From: a bacterium
GTDB lineage: Bacteria; Patescibacteriota; Minisyncoccia; JAHIHE01
Direction: 5' to 3'
Assembly: GCA_030693205.1 (NCBI GenBank)
Contig: JAUYBG010000010.1
Coordinates: forward strand, 66,059 to 130,058
Length of the DNA stretch: 64,000 nucleotides
The position numbers were made by a program, and so were the translations under genes. This document shows positions 18,801 to 27,912 of this stretch, piece by piece (within the stretch, counting starts at the first letter, position 1; the number at the start of each line of letters is the position of its first letter). The notes beneath the pieces are model-generated. The model ran no database searches. It was not told the origin of the DNA and saw only the letters and a program-made list of their open reading frames with translations.

Positions 18801-19366
18801 GCTTTGTTGACTATCAGCTGTTCCGGCAGATTTGGATGGGGTTCAATTTCAAGATAAAAATTTTCATGGCCGAAAATATCTTCATATTCTCGGGCGAGTT
18901 TTTCGGCTTTTTCCCGGTCGTTGCCGAGAATTGCCTGGCCGATCTCGCCTTTAATGCAGGCGGAAAGGCCGATAATGCCTTTGGCATATTTTCTCAAAAT
19001 TTCCTTGTCAATTCTGGGCTTATAATAAAATCCGTCCAAATGGGCAATGGAATTCAACTTGATCAGATTTTTGTAGCCTTCCTGGTTTTTGGCCAGAAGC
19101 ACCAGATGATAGCGGATATCATCAACCCTCGGCTCTTTATCAGAGAGCTTTCTTTTGGCGACATAGCTTTCCATGCCGATTATCGGCTTAATGCCGGCGG
19201 CTGTGGCTTTTTTGTAAAATTCTATCGCGCCATACATTGAGCCGTGATCGGTGACGGCAAGGCTGGTCATTCCGAGTTTTTTGGCGCGTTCAATCAAAGG
19301 ATCGATCTGGATCATCCCGTCAAGAAGGCTATAGTGAGAATGGACGTGTAAATGCGTGAATTTCAT
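15821..19366 (-). CDS. dnaE: DNA polymerase III alpha subunit
   Basis: The PHP-domain N-terminus HLHVHSHYSLLDG... and the full-length 1181-aa architecture. Confidence 0.9.
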   Translation of the reverse strand: MKFTHLHVHSHYSLLDGMIQIDPLIERAKKLGMTSLAVTDHGSMYGAIEFYKKATAAGIKPIIGMESYVAKRKLSDKEPRVDDIRYHLVLLAKNQEGYKNLIKLNSIAHLDGFYYKPRIDKEILRKYAKGIIGLSACIKGEIGQAILGNDREKAEKLAREYEDIFGHENFYLEIEPHPNLPEQLIVNKALIEISKKLNIPLVATNDAHYLLKEDAEAQDTLLCIQMNRKVTEKDRMSMLGEDFSFKTPEEMIEAMKETPEAIENTEKIAAMCDLAIELTARHFPAFPLPENYTVDQYLKRKTYEGLAGRNNIAVKPEDVFPEALHGKVDPKEIERIEYELGIVFQKKYSAYFLIVADFVNWSRTEGIISTTRGSAAGSFVSYCLAITNINPLKYNLPFERFLNPFRPSPPDIDMDFADDKRDKVIEYVTQKYGKDKVAQIVTFGTMAARASVRDVARALGIPYTKSDSIAKMIPMGSQGSTMTIDQAKKMTPSLGAAYKNDPEVKKILDLAEKLEGVARHASVHAAGVVISPTDLTDYLPLQKDPGGEKVITQYEMGAVEEVGLVKMDFLGIRNLSILGQAVKIVKGTKGITVDFQAIPMDDKKTFDLLTKGQTMGVFQLSGSGMTRYLKELKPTTIFDIMAMVALFRPGPMNSIPEFIARKHNPTLIKVLDPRMRSILDMSYGIITYQDDVLLIAINIAGYTWEEADKLRKAMGKKIAEEMARQKIKFTDGAIAGGMTKQKAQELFTLIEPFAAYGFNKAHAASYANVAYYTAYMKANFPAEFMAAVMTAESDDTEKIAEAVEECENMGIKVLPPDINESLKNFTYIDEKTIRFGLLAIKNIGEKFVENLVAERKAHGAFKNFEDILERLDPHELNKKSIEALAKTGAFDKFLPRHTIVENIEKILEYSHELHKNKSSMQASLFGDAAFSVSHLNLPSRELTADDKTAYLNWEKELMGLYVSGHPLARYSQYFKKIGIPIKDLKHKSEGSPVKIGAIINSVKKIMTKTNRLMVFAEIEDLTGKTEAVVFAKVLDKNPLVWTENNIVIITGKVNFRDNETKILVDEANIITEEKLKSHSDNTASGGNGSSGSDQANNRDGIYNPPNAPKIFIKISADWNKEKMTELKNMIAGAEKGINQVILNIESASGTKTLKTPYSVNYTPALQETLEKIVAKENIRIE

Positions 19367-19600
19367 AGGGTTGTTTAGTACACCTATTCTAACAAAAAAA
19401 CGGAATTAGGCAACCCCGTCGAATTTTAAAGAATAATATAATTTTAATTAAAAAATATTTTGTTTACTGTGTTAAAATTTTATTTAACGCGGTGGATAAC
19501 TTTTTTTGACAGAATTCCGTGATTAATCTATTATTACTTTGCAAGCTTGACATTTTAGGGATATAGGCTATAATTTAAAGTCTAATACTAAATAAACATT

Positions 19601-19921
19601 ATGCTTAATCAAATATTTCGCTTTATTTATCCGCCTCTCTCTTCATTTGAAATAAGAAGAAAATATAATATTCCTGATAAATTTAATTTAACCGTTGAAT
19701 TAACTGTTGATGGCTTTTTTGTCTTAACTTCCGAGGAATTGCCCGGACTTATAACGGAAGCGAAAGACGGAAAAGAGCTTATTAAAATGTTCAACGATGC
19801 AGTGCTTACTTACTATGATGTTCCAAAACGCGAGGGCGATATTGCTTTTGAAAGATTAAACCTTGACGGCTATGGGACTTTTACCTTAAAAGCCGATAAT
19901 CGAGTTAAACAAGAAGCATAA
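19601..19921 (+). CDS. hicB: HicB-family antitoxin (UPF0150/RNase H-like fold)
   Basis: ...ELTVDGFFVLTSEELPGLITEAKDGKELIKMFNDAVLTYY is typical of HicB. Its stop overlaps the hicA start (taATGg). Confidence 0.55.
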   Translation: MLNQIFRFIYPPLSSFEIRRKYNIPDKFNLTVELTVDGFFVLTSEELPGLITEAKDGKELIKMFNDAVLTYYDVPKREGDIAFERLNLDGYGTFTLKADNRVKQEA

Positions 19922-20178
19922 TGGGCAAACTTGATTTTAATCGAGATCAATGTATTAGAGCATTGATAAAAATAGGATTTAGAGATGGAAATAATCGTCG
20001 TGGCAATCACGACAAATTTTTAATACCGAAACATCTTGAAGGCACCAGAAACCCCAGCCAACCTCCTTTTATTGTTGTCCCCAGAAGCAGACAATTGCAT
20101 TGCCAATTCGCGATAATAAAAGAATTAAAGAAGCTTGGCGGTGAAGAACTGGCAGATAATTTTTTAAAAAACATTTAG
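19921..20178 (+). CDS. hicA: HicA-family mRNA interferase toxin
   Basis: RGNHDKFLIPKHLEGTRNPSQPPFIVVPRSRQLHCQFAIIKELKKLG matches the HicA/YcfA dsRBD-like core. Confidence 0.65.
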   Translation: MGKLDFNRDQCIRALIKIGFRDGNNRRGNHDKFLIPKHLEGTRNPSQPPFIVVPRSRQLHCQFAIIKELKKLGGEELADNFLKNI

Positions 20179-20328
20179 AAAAAATTAATTTTGTCTTAAT
20201 AAAAAAAGCGATTCAAAAAGGAGGATCGCCTTTTGTTTTATTGAAGATATTTATTTAAAATTCATCCTTCATTGTTTTAGCAGACTATTAAGAATACGGT
20301 GGGAACAGCATTAGTCCGCAAAAAATGA

Positions 20329-21081
20329 TCAGCTGTTATTGAATTTTCGCGGCGAAATTCCCTGGAGAATTTTAAAATCTTTTGAAACAAAAACCGCGAT
20401 GATCATCAGGGGAATGCTGAAATAGATCGCCGAGGTTTCTTTTGAAACGATGATAAAATAATTAAAAACGCCGTGCAAAATTATGGCAAAGGCGAAACCT
20501 TTGGCTATCAATAGACGCGGGTTTGCCGGGCATTGGTCGCGCTTGCAGAGCGAAAGAGCGTAATAGAATCCGATGATGGCTGACGCCAAAGTATGGAGAA
20601 AAGTGGCTCCAATAAAGCGAATTCCCAATATATAAAGAGGCAGAGCCGGGTCAAAGAAAAAAGCCGGCGAGAACAAAAGCATTACCATGATATTTTCCAC
20701 TGCCGCGAATCCCAGAGCCGCGACGATCATATAGATCATCGCGTCTTCGGGCTCGTCGAAAACAGGATTATGCTTCATTGCCAGGCGCACGACCAGATAT
20801 TTGAAAAATTCTTCTATTGCCGCGATGCCGATAAAAACAATCGCGAGATTTTTCGCGAAAGAGTTGAAGAAATCCGGCAAAGCTGAATTTAGAAAATTGA
20901 AAAATCCGATAGCTTGCCATTCAATGATGATCACCAAAGGCACGATGGCCATTCCGGCCAAGAATATCAGCAAAAGCCATTTTTTGGGCTCGGGATGGAT
21001 ATCTTTCCGCAAATAAAAAGCGAGCCAGACGATGCTGGGCAAAATTCCCAAAATAATCGCAAGAAAATAATTATATGGCAT
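20329..21081 (-). CDS. PrsW-family intramembrane metalloprotease
   Basis: Polytopic membrane protein with AAIEEFFKYL (EExxK) and AALGFAAVEN (FxxxE) motifs. Confidence 0.55.
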   Translation of the reverse strand: MPYNYFLAIILGILPSIVWLAFYLRKDIHPEPKKWLLLIFLAGMAIVPLVIIIEWQAIGFFNFLNSALPDFFNSFAKNLAIVFIGIAAIEEFFKYLVVRLAMKHNPVFDEPEDAMIYMIVAALGFAAVENIMVMLLFSPAFFFDPALPLYILGIRFIGATFLHTLASAIIGFYYALSLCKRDQCPANPRLLIAKGFAFAIILHGVFNYFIIVSKETSAIYFSIPLMIIAVFVSKDFKILQGISPRKFNNS

Positions 21082-21291
21082 AAAATAATTTTAACTCCGC
21101 CAGTTGGCGGATTAACGCTTTAATATTTTAACATAAAAATTAACTAATGGACAATGAATTTGAAAAAATCTGGAAAAAATTCTTGACAAAAAATACCGTT
21201 GTGATAGTATTATTCACAAACAGTAAATTTAATAAATTATTAATAATTAACCTGCCTTCGCTGAAGCTTCGGCGAGGCAAGCAATAAAAAT

Positions 21292-24200
21292 ATGAATACC
21301 CCCCCCGTTAGTTTAAAGAATAAGGTTTACCGAATTTTTAAACAATCATTTTTTATTATTTTCGCCGCGGCATTTTTAATGGGCGGTTTTTTTGTTGCCG
21401 ATAGCGCATTGGCAACTGGCGGAACGGTTTCGGTTATTGCGCAAAATTCGCAAGTAAACGTTTCAGCAGATGCCGTTAGCGGTTCAAGTGTCAGCGTAGG
21501 AACAATTACAATGACCGAAGGTAATAACGGAGCTTTTCAGTTGGGCACTATAACTTTGACGCCCCCGACAGGTTTTATATTTGATATAACGTCTATTGTA
21601 GACATTGAAATTATTGGCGATTCTTCTTTCGCTAATAATATTAATAATGCAGTAAGTGGAACGCATTTCTCAGCTTCTACCGTAGCATCTTTAATAAGTT
21701 TTAATATTATCGCGCCAAGCGCTAACAATAAAGCCGGCACATTGGTATGGTCAAATATAAAAGTAAAGCCGACATCTGGATCGCCTTTAGTTTCAGGTAG
21801 AATAACAATTGGCGGAACATCCGTGGCATCCCCTAACGCATATAATAATGTTTTTCCAATTTTATTAAATGAAGTTGCCGGTTATCCAAGTGTAAGTAAT
21901 TCAACTTTTGTCTGCAATCCTACAGTGCAAGCTGCAGGCGGTATATCTACTTGTAATATCACAGTAAGAGATCAGTTTAATAATTCAATATCAAGTGCTT
22001 CAGTTCTACTTTCGTCTACTGGTTCGGGTAATAATTTTAGTACCAATCCAGCTTTGACCGACGCAAATGGCAATACTACGATAACTTTGGGATCAGGTAC
22101 GGCAGAGACTAAGATTGTTACTGCAACTATTGACGGAAGTGTGATTCTACCGACGCAATTGATCATATTTTATGTTAGCACTCCAACCCAAGCACATATT
22201 GTTGCAATTCCAAATACTCAAGAAGCAAGTTTAAGTGGTAGCAGTGTTAATTTAACTATCAGTATTACTGATCAGCATGGTAATCCAGCCAATGATGGTA
22301 TTGTGGTAAATGTCTCCGGTATTCCGAGCACGTTAGGTACCGTTACAGTTACTGGAAGTGGAAATACAGCAAGTGGTCAGGTAACACGTGTTTTAACTTT
22401 TAATAATAAAGGCGATATTACTTTGACAGTTAATATTTCATCTATAGGTAATCTTGCCTTGACTGGTGATAGTATTGTTCATTTTGTTGATACAATCAAA
22501 CCGGTAATTACTATTATACTTCCAAATCCAGCCGAGGTTGAATATCGCGGCACGTATTCAGATGCGGGCGCTACAGCTTTTGATAATATAGATGGAAATA
22601 TTACCAGCAGTATTATGGCTATCAATCTAGTTAACCCAAATACTATAAATGTAGTACCGAATTCGATTACAAAAATCGTTGGAGTTTATACGGTTACTTA
22701 CAATGTTTCTGATAGCGTTCCAAACGCCGCTGATCCCGCAGTAAGAACCGTCAATGTATTGGACAGAATTGCTCCGATAATTACTTCCATCACTTCTGAC
22801 GCTACGGCAGAAGGAGCTTTAAAAATTGGCAATACGATTACTTTTACTCTTACCCCAACTCCCGCAGAACCAGTTGCTACAGTAAGCGGTTCCTACAATG
22901 GACATTCTTTAACCTGGTCTACTGTTAATAGCGGGGTAACCTATACCGCAACTTATACTGTAATTGAGGGTGACACAGACCGAATTTCGCCATGGCAAAT
23001 TACCGGCGTGATAATGACCGATGAAGCTGGCAACATAAGTGTTTCTGCAAACGGCACTGATGTAGTAAAGACGATTGATGCGAATACTCCTTCAATTCCG
23101 AGTGTGTTGGTTGCCGCTGGTCCGTACATCAACGCCGCAGAAGAATTGGCGGGATTTACGACGATGGTTTCTTACAACACGACACTTTCCAACGGCGCCA
23201 AAGCAGGCGACACGCTCGAGTTGTGGCTCAACGGTGCGCCGTTTATGATTGCGAAGACTGTCGTACTTTCAGCGAGCGACATTACTGCAGGTTCGTATAG
23301 TTTCACTATCATTACCGACGAGTTGGGCGCAGACGGCGTAAAGTTGCTGACCGCACGGCTCACGGATGTTGCAGGCAATGTGGGATTATGGAGTGCGTCT
23401 CTCGTTCTCACGCTCGACACAGGTATTCCGTCTGTACCCTCGGCACCGGATCTCGATGCGGCATCAGACCTTGGTCTATCAGATACCGACAATATTACCA
23501 ACGACAACACGCCGTCCTTTAACGGCACGGCTGAAGCAGGTTCAACAGTGAAGCTCTACGATGGCGCAACTGAAATCGGAAACGGCACGGCAACGGGAGG
23601 AGGGGCGTGGAGCATCATTTCTACTCTTCTTGTGGACGGTGCACACACCATTACCGCGACCGCGACGGATGCCGCAGGCAACACGAGCGGTGCGTCTGAA
23701 TCACTTTCTGTCACGATTGATACGGAACTTGTCGCGCTCTCCTTGACCTCCACTGCACCAAATCCGACAAAAGCATCTCCGATTTTGATAACCGCACAAT
23801 TTACACAAGATGTAAACGGTTTTGAAGTTGGTGATATTGTCGTTACTAATGGAGCGGTTGGTACTTTTGTCAAAGTTAATGCTAGTACCTATCAGTTTGA
23901 TGTAATACCCGCTGGACAAGGCGCGGTGACGGTCAATATCGCGGCAGGAGTCGCACATGATACAGCTGGCAACGGCAATACAGTAGCGACCGGACTCTCT
24001 CGCATCTACGACACGATAAACCCGACGGTTACATTGGTGGCGCTCTCTGATCTCGACGCGCTTGTGAAGCAAGGTGATACGCTAATAATCACGGCGACAT
24101 TCAGCGAAGACATGGCGCTCTCGCCGGTGCCAACGATAGAACTTACTGGCACCAATACAGTTGCACCTGTCGCAATGACGCGCACTAGTGCGACCAACTA

Positions 24201-25911
24201 CACTTACTCTCACACAGTCGGCGCCGGAGATGGTTTAGTAACTATCATTATTGCTGGTGGCACTGACCTTGCGACAAACACATTGATTATTAACTCCGCC
24301 ACGACATTTACCGTAGACAATACCCTGCCGGTGATTGCGTCGAGCGATCCGATAAATACTGTTGCAAATGCGATAGGAGGCGCGACTGTTTTTTATACGA
24401 CTCCGATTGCAACTGACCTTTATCCTGTAAATCCTGTAGTCACTTGTCTGCCTGCATCGGGTGCATTCTTTGTTCTTGGGAATACAATCGTAACCTGCAA
24501 TGCAACTGACCAAGCGGGAAATATCGCAATTCCAATGACATTTAATGTTATGGTTAATCCTGACACAGTAACGCATATAATTTTGATTGCCTCACCGACG
24601 AGTTTAGCTTTCAGCCAGACAAGCTTAATCACTATTACGGGAAAAGATCAATACGATAATACAGTAACTAATAACGATTCAACCGTAATTGTTCTTTCCG
24701 CTGACGGTGGCGGAAGTCTTGGCGATACAATTTTAACTTTATCAGAAGGTGTGGCAACAACAAACCTTTCTAAAGATTCAGTTGGTATAGTTCACGTTAC
24801 AGCATCCAGCGTTGGATTAAGTCCGCAAGCAGTGACAGTTACATTTACTAAAACCGATACCAGCAGTCCATATGTGGAAAGCCATACTCCAGTTAATGGA
24901 GCTACAGGCGTCGCTTTAAATATTCATCCGGTTTTAATATTTTCTGAACCACTAGACACTACCACAGTAAGTTCAGCCAATATTCAATTACGTAAATACA
25001 GTGATAATTCAGTGATACTAGCAAACGTTTCTCCTGCAGAGGGAGACAGACAGGTAATTATTACTCCAGCAAGTTCTTTGGATTTTAGCACCTCATACTA
25101 CCTTGCAGTTTCAGCTGGCGTAACAGATAAAGTGGGCAATCCAGCAGTAGTGTTAGACAATAGCACCAAAGGCAATCATATGTTTACCACGCTAGTTGAT
25201 AACACTGTTTTAGCGGTAACATATATTTCTGCGGTTGCAAACGCACACGGCTCAACAGGATTTGCCATAGCAAATAACACCTTTGAGGATGGCTGGGCGT
25301 GGATATTCTATATCACTGTCCCTACAAATGAGACTGCTTTCGCAATGAAATTTGCTGATTGGACAAGCGTTTTGCCAAATACAATTCCTGTTGCCAATAA
25401 TGTCAGATATTCTTCAGTACAGGCGAGTAATGGTCCATTTGAAATTACCGAAGCAAATGAGCTTGGTGGATATCTAAATCTGACAGGCGATTTGTTCCCT
25501 GGAATTGCAGGCAGGCAAATTGAAATTTTAGTTGAAGCAAAAATACCGCTACTTTCGGCTGGAGGATCTTACTCAACAAGCTATGGCATACAAACAAATC
25601 CTGCAATTGCTCAAGCCACGGACGCAGAAAATGTCGCTGCCGCCCAAGCCGCTGTGACCGCACTGGCACAACCTTGGTCCCCAATCTATAATAATAATCG
25701 GAATATTATCACGGACCTGCAGGCGATAGTTGACGCAGTTTCAACCGGCGTAACAGTAACGATTAAAACAACCAATAACTCGCAAATTTCAATAGATGGT
25801 GCCATTGCATACCCGGGAGTGGCAGTTACCGGAAACGTAATATTTACCTTAACCAAAGGCACAGAAATTGTAGATCAGACAATTTCAGTGATTATTTATC
25901 CTCTCGGCTAA
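21292..25911 (+). CDS. Giant secreted surface protein (1539 aa) with tandem bacterial Ig-like (Big) domains; adhesin-like
   Basis: N-terminal signal/TM. Repeated beta-rich T/S/V domains, including Big_3-like segments (DNTPSFNGTAEAGSTVKLYDGATEIGNGTATGGGAWSI) and HYR/DUF5011-like segments (AFDNIDGNITS...). No catalytic motifs. Confidence 0.65.
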   Translation: MNTPPVSLKNKVYRIFKQSFFIIFAAAFLMGGFFVADSALATGGTVSVIAQNSQVNVSADAVSGSSVSVGTITMTEGNNGAFQLGTITLTPPTGFIFDITSIVDIEIIGDSSFANNINNAVSGTHFSASTVASLISFNIIAPSANNKAGTLVWSNIKVKPTSGSPLVSGRITIGGTSVASPNAYNNVFPILLNEVAGYPSVSNSTFVCNPTVQAAGGISTCNITVRDQFNNSISSASVLLSSTGSGNNFSTNPALTDANGNTTITLGSGTAETKIVTATIDGSVILPTQLIIFYVSTPTQAHIVAIPNTQEASLSGSSVNLTISITDQHGNPANDGIVVNVSGIPSTLGTVTVTGSGNTASGQVTRVLTFNNKGDITLTVNISSIGNLALTGDSIVHFVDTIKPVITIILPNPAEVEYRGTYSDAGATAFDNIDGNITSSIMAINLVNPNTINVVPNSITKIVGVYTVTYNVSDSVPNAADPAVRTVNVLDRIAPIITSITSDATAEGALKIGNTITFTLTPTPAEPVATVSGSYNGHSLTWSTVNSGVTYTATYTVIEGDTDRISPWQITGVIMTDEAGNISVSANGTDVVKTIDANTPSIPSVLVAAGPYINAAEELAGFTTMVSYNTTLSNGAKAGDTLELWLNGAPFMIAKTVVLSASDITAGSYSFTIITDELGADGVKLLTARLTDVAGNVGLWSASLVLTLDTGIPSVPSAPDLDAASDLGLSDTDNITNDNTPSFNGTAEAGSTVKLYDGATEIGNGTATGGGAWSIISTLLVDGAHTITATATDAAGNTSGASESLSVTIDTELVALSLTSTAPNPTKASPILITAQFTQDVNGFEVGDIVVTNGAVGTFVKVNASTYQFDVIPAGQGAVTVNIAAGVAHDTAGNGNTVATGLSRIYDTINPTVTLVALSDLDALVKQGDTLIITATFSEDMALSPVPTIELTGTNTVAPVAMTRTSATNYTYSHTVGAGDGLVTIIIAGGTDLATNTLIINSATTFTVDNTLPVIASSDPINTVANAIGGATVFYTTPIATDLYPVNPVVTCLPASGAFFVLGNTIVTCNATDQAGNIAIPMTFNVMVNPDTVTHIILIASPTSLAFSQTSLITITGKDQYDNTVTNNDSTVIVLSADGGGSLGDTILTLSEGVATTNLSKDSVGIVHVTASSVGLSPQAVTVTFTKTDTSSPYVESHTPVNGATGVALNIHPVLIFSEPLDTTTVSSANIQLRKYSDNSVILANVSPAEGDRQVIITPASSLDFSTSYYLAVSAGVTDKVGNPAVVLDNSTKGNHMFTTLVDNTVLAVTYISAVANAHGSTGFAIANNTFEDGWAWIFYITVPTNETAFAMKFADWTSVLPNTIPVANNVRYSSVQASNGPFEITEANELGGYLNLTGDLFPGIAGRQIEILVEAKIPLLSAGGSYSTSYGIQTNPAIAQATDAENVAAAQAAVTALAQPWSPIYNNNRNIITDLQAIVDAVSTGVTVTIKTTNNSQISIDGAIAYPGVAVTGNVIFTLTKGTEIVDQTISVIIYPLG

Positions 25912-25944
25912 TGGAGATTAAAAGTGTAACAAAAAACTACAATT

Positions 25945-26568
25945 ATGAAAAATTTAATAAAAATTATATCTGTGATATTTCTGGCGTTGTTTTACGCGGT
26001 TAATTTTGCTTCAGCTTCAACAACAGGCGGTAATTTAAACACAGGAATAGACACGGGAATTGGTGGAACTGTTATTGTAAATCCAACTGCAAATGTGCCG
26101 TCTGGAATATATACATCGGTGCAATATGTCAGCTTGGCGGCAATAGGTTCTTTAAGCGTTTACTATACAACTAATGGAGATGCGCCCATTTGTTTAGCCT
26201 CAAGCATTTATTCAGCTCCGATAGTTATTTCCGCAACGTCAACCTTAGAAGCAATTGCTTGTTATGCAAATAGTATTACATCAAGTATCTCTTCGTTTCC
26301 TTATGTGATTAATTTGCCTACTACTCCCACGCCTAGCCCAACTCCCACGCCAGTACAGCAATCTTCAGGTGGCGGAGGAGGTTCATATACCCCTCCCCCA
26401 ACATCCAAAACGGGCGACATTGATGGCAATGGCAAAGTTGATAAATATGATTTTGCTATGCTGATGGCATCTTGGGATCAAACCGGATCAAATTCATCTG
26501 ATTTAAATCACGATAATAAAGTTGATAAATATGACTTCGCTTTATTAATGTTAAACTGGGGTAAATAA
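25945..26568 (+). CDS. Secreted protein with a CHB_HEX_C/Fn3-like domain, a PT linker and a C-terminal dockerin module
   Basis: Signal peptide. PTTPTPSPTPTP linker. Two Ca-binding dockerin repeats, DIDGNGKVDKYDFAMLM and DLNHDNKVDKYDFALLM. Confidence 0.55.
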   Translation: MKNLIKIISVIFLALFYAVNFASASTTGGNLNTGIDTGIGGTVIVNPTANVPSGIYTSVQYVSLAAIGSLSVYYTTNGDAPICLASSIYSAPIVISATSTLEAIACYANSITSSISSFPYVINLPTTPTPSPTPTPVQQSSGGGGGSYTPPPTSKTGDIDGNGKVDKYDFAMLMASWDQTGSNSSDLNHDNKVDKYDFALLMLNWGK

Positions 26569-26577
26569 AACAAAAAT

Positions 26578-27369
26578 ATGAAAAACACCAAAACAAAAAT
26601 TATATTATCAGCGATTATCTTTTTGTCAGTTGCCGGTTTTGCCGGAATAGTTGCCGCCGCGGGTTCTTCCGTGTATGTTTCCCCGGCAAGCTTGACCAAA
26701 ACCGTCGGGGACATTTTTAGCGTGTCCGCAGGAGTTAGCACTTCGGGAAGCAAAGTTTGCGCTGTTGAGGGGAGATTAGTTTTTAACAATCTGTCTTGCC
26801 AAAGCATAACTGTGGACGGAAATGTCACTCCGCAATCTGTGCCTACTTGTTCAAATCCATATTTTTTAATTGGCGTGCCAAGCTGTTCAACAGCAGATAA
26901 GGTATTGTTTACAGTGTCAGCCAAGGCCGGAAGCGCCGGCACAGCCTCTATTAGCTTCACAGGCGTTGATATAATAGGCGAAGGTGTGTCAGTTGGCACA
27001 GCTTCGGTAAGTGGAAATTATACGATCAATGCTATTCTAACAGCAACCTTAACACCAGCGCCGACAACTGCGCCAAAAACCGCATCAACACCAACGCCCA
27101 AATCTATGCCCAAATCAACGGTCACGCCGACTTCTACGCCTACTCCGGTTTCAGACGAACAGCCTTCTGTATTAACTCCAACCCCGACTCCATTACCTCA
27201 AACAGTGTCAAACGAACAGCCTCCGAAACAATCTTCGTTCATGGCGGCAGTTAGTAGTGTCTTCACTCTGGGAACTGGAAATATCTGGGTAAGTCTTTTA
27301 ATTCTATTGATCATCGGCGGTGTAATTTATTACTTTATTCGAAGAGAGCGCCGCAAGAACTTGGAGTAA
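26578..27369 (+). CDS. Cohesin-like domain protein with a P/T-rich stalk and a C-terminal transmembrane anchor
   Basis: Signal peptide. About 130 aa with a cohesin-like beta-sandwich pattern (VYVSPASLTKTVGDIFSVSAGV...VLFTVSAKAGSAGTASISFTGV). TPTPTP linker. C-terminal TM IWVSLLILLIIGGVIYYFIRRERRK. Confidence 0.45.
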   Translation: MKNTKTKIILSAIIFLSVAGFAGIVAAAGSSVYVSPASLTKTVGDIFSVSAGVSTSGSKVCAVEGRLVFNNLSCQSITVDGNVTPQSVPTCSNPYFLIGVPSCSTADKVLFTVSAKAGSAGTASISFTGVDIIGEGVSVGTASVSGNYTINAILTATLTPAPTTAPKTASTPTPKSMPKSTVTPTSTPTPVSDEQPSVLTPTPTPLPQTVSNEQPPKQSSFMAAVSSVFTLGTGNIWVSLLILLIIGGVIYYFIRRERRKNLE

Positions 27370-27676
27370 ACTCGTTATAAAAAACTCCCGCGATCAATAT
27401 TGCGGGAGTTTTGATTTGTCGATAACCCCTTGCTTTTTTACGGAAAAGTAGTAAGCTATGTTTATTGTTGTACGCAACAAAAGGAGGTAATAAAGGTACG
27501 GCAATAAAACTAAAACATTCCTTGAGGCTTATGGCACTATTAAGCCTCGGTTTATTCTCACTAACATTAAATAATGTTGAAAAAGTTGAGAAAATACCCA
27601 TTTCCGTATATCCTATTGTGGGATTATTAATTATGTATGGTATATATATTAACGGAAAAAAAAGTCCTGACACATG

Positions 27677-27713
27677 CGCTGAAAAAAAATAAATTTCAGC
27701 GCTGTTTTTTTTG
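27677..27713 (+). terminator. Rho-independent terminator (gcgctgaaa...tttcagcgc + T-run)
   Basis: 9-bp stem followed by tgtttttttt. Confidence 0.55.
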
Positions 27714-27831
27714 CGATTAAAGATTTTTCTATACATATATAAAGATAATATAACTAAGCGGATATTGCAAAATATTTGATATTATAATCTTCCTGTGTTA
27801 GAATGAAAATATAATTGTTAAAATAATTTAT
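27684..27831. repeat. 150-bp direct repeat, copy 1 (terminator/promoter module upstream of the subtilisin gene)
   Basis: About 92% identical to 29543-29690. Contains a candidate sigma70 promoter TTGATA-17-TAGAAT. Confidence 0.75.
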
Positions 27832-27912
27832 TAATTAAATTTACCCCGGTTAAATAAATTGCTATGCAATTTAAAATTCTAGTGAATTTTATTTAACGGG
27901 GCAGGAAAAACT

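Noticed and set aside
21292-25911. Considered whether the giant ORF could be an RTX/T1SS toxin or a polymorphic toxin
   Set aside because: There are no GGxGxD nonapeptide repeats, no recognisable C-terminal toxin or secretion domain, and no nearby T1SS genes. An Ig-domain adhesin is the conservative call.
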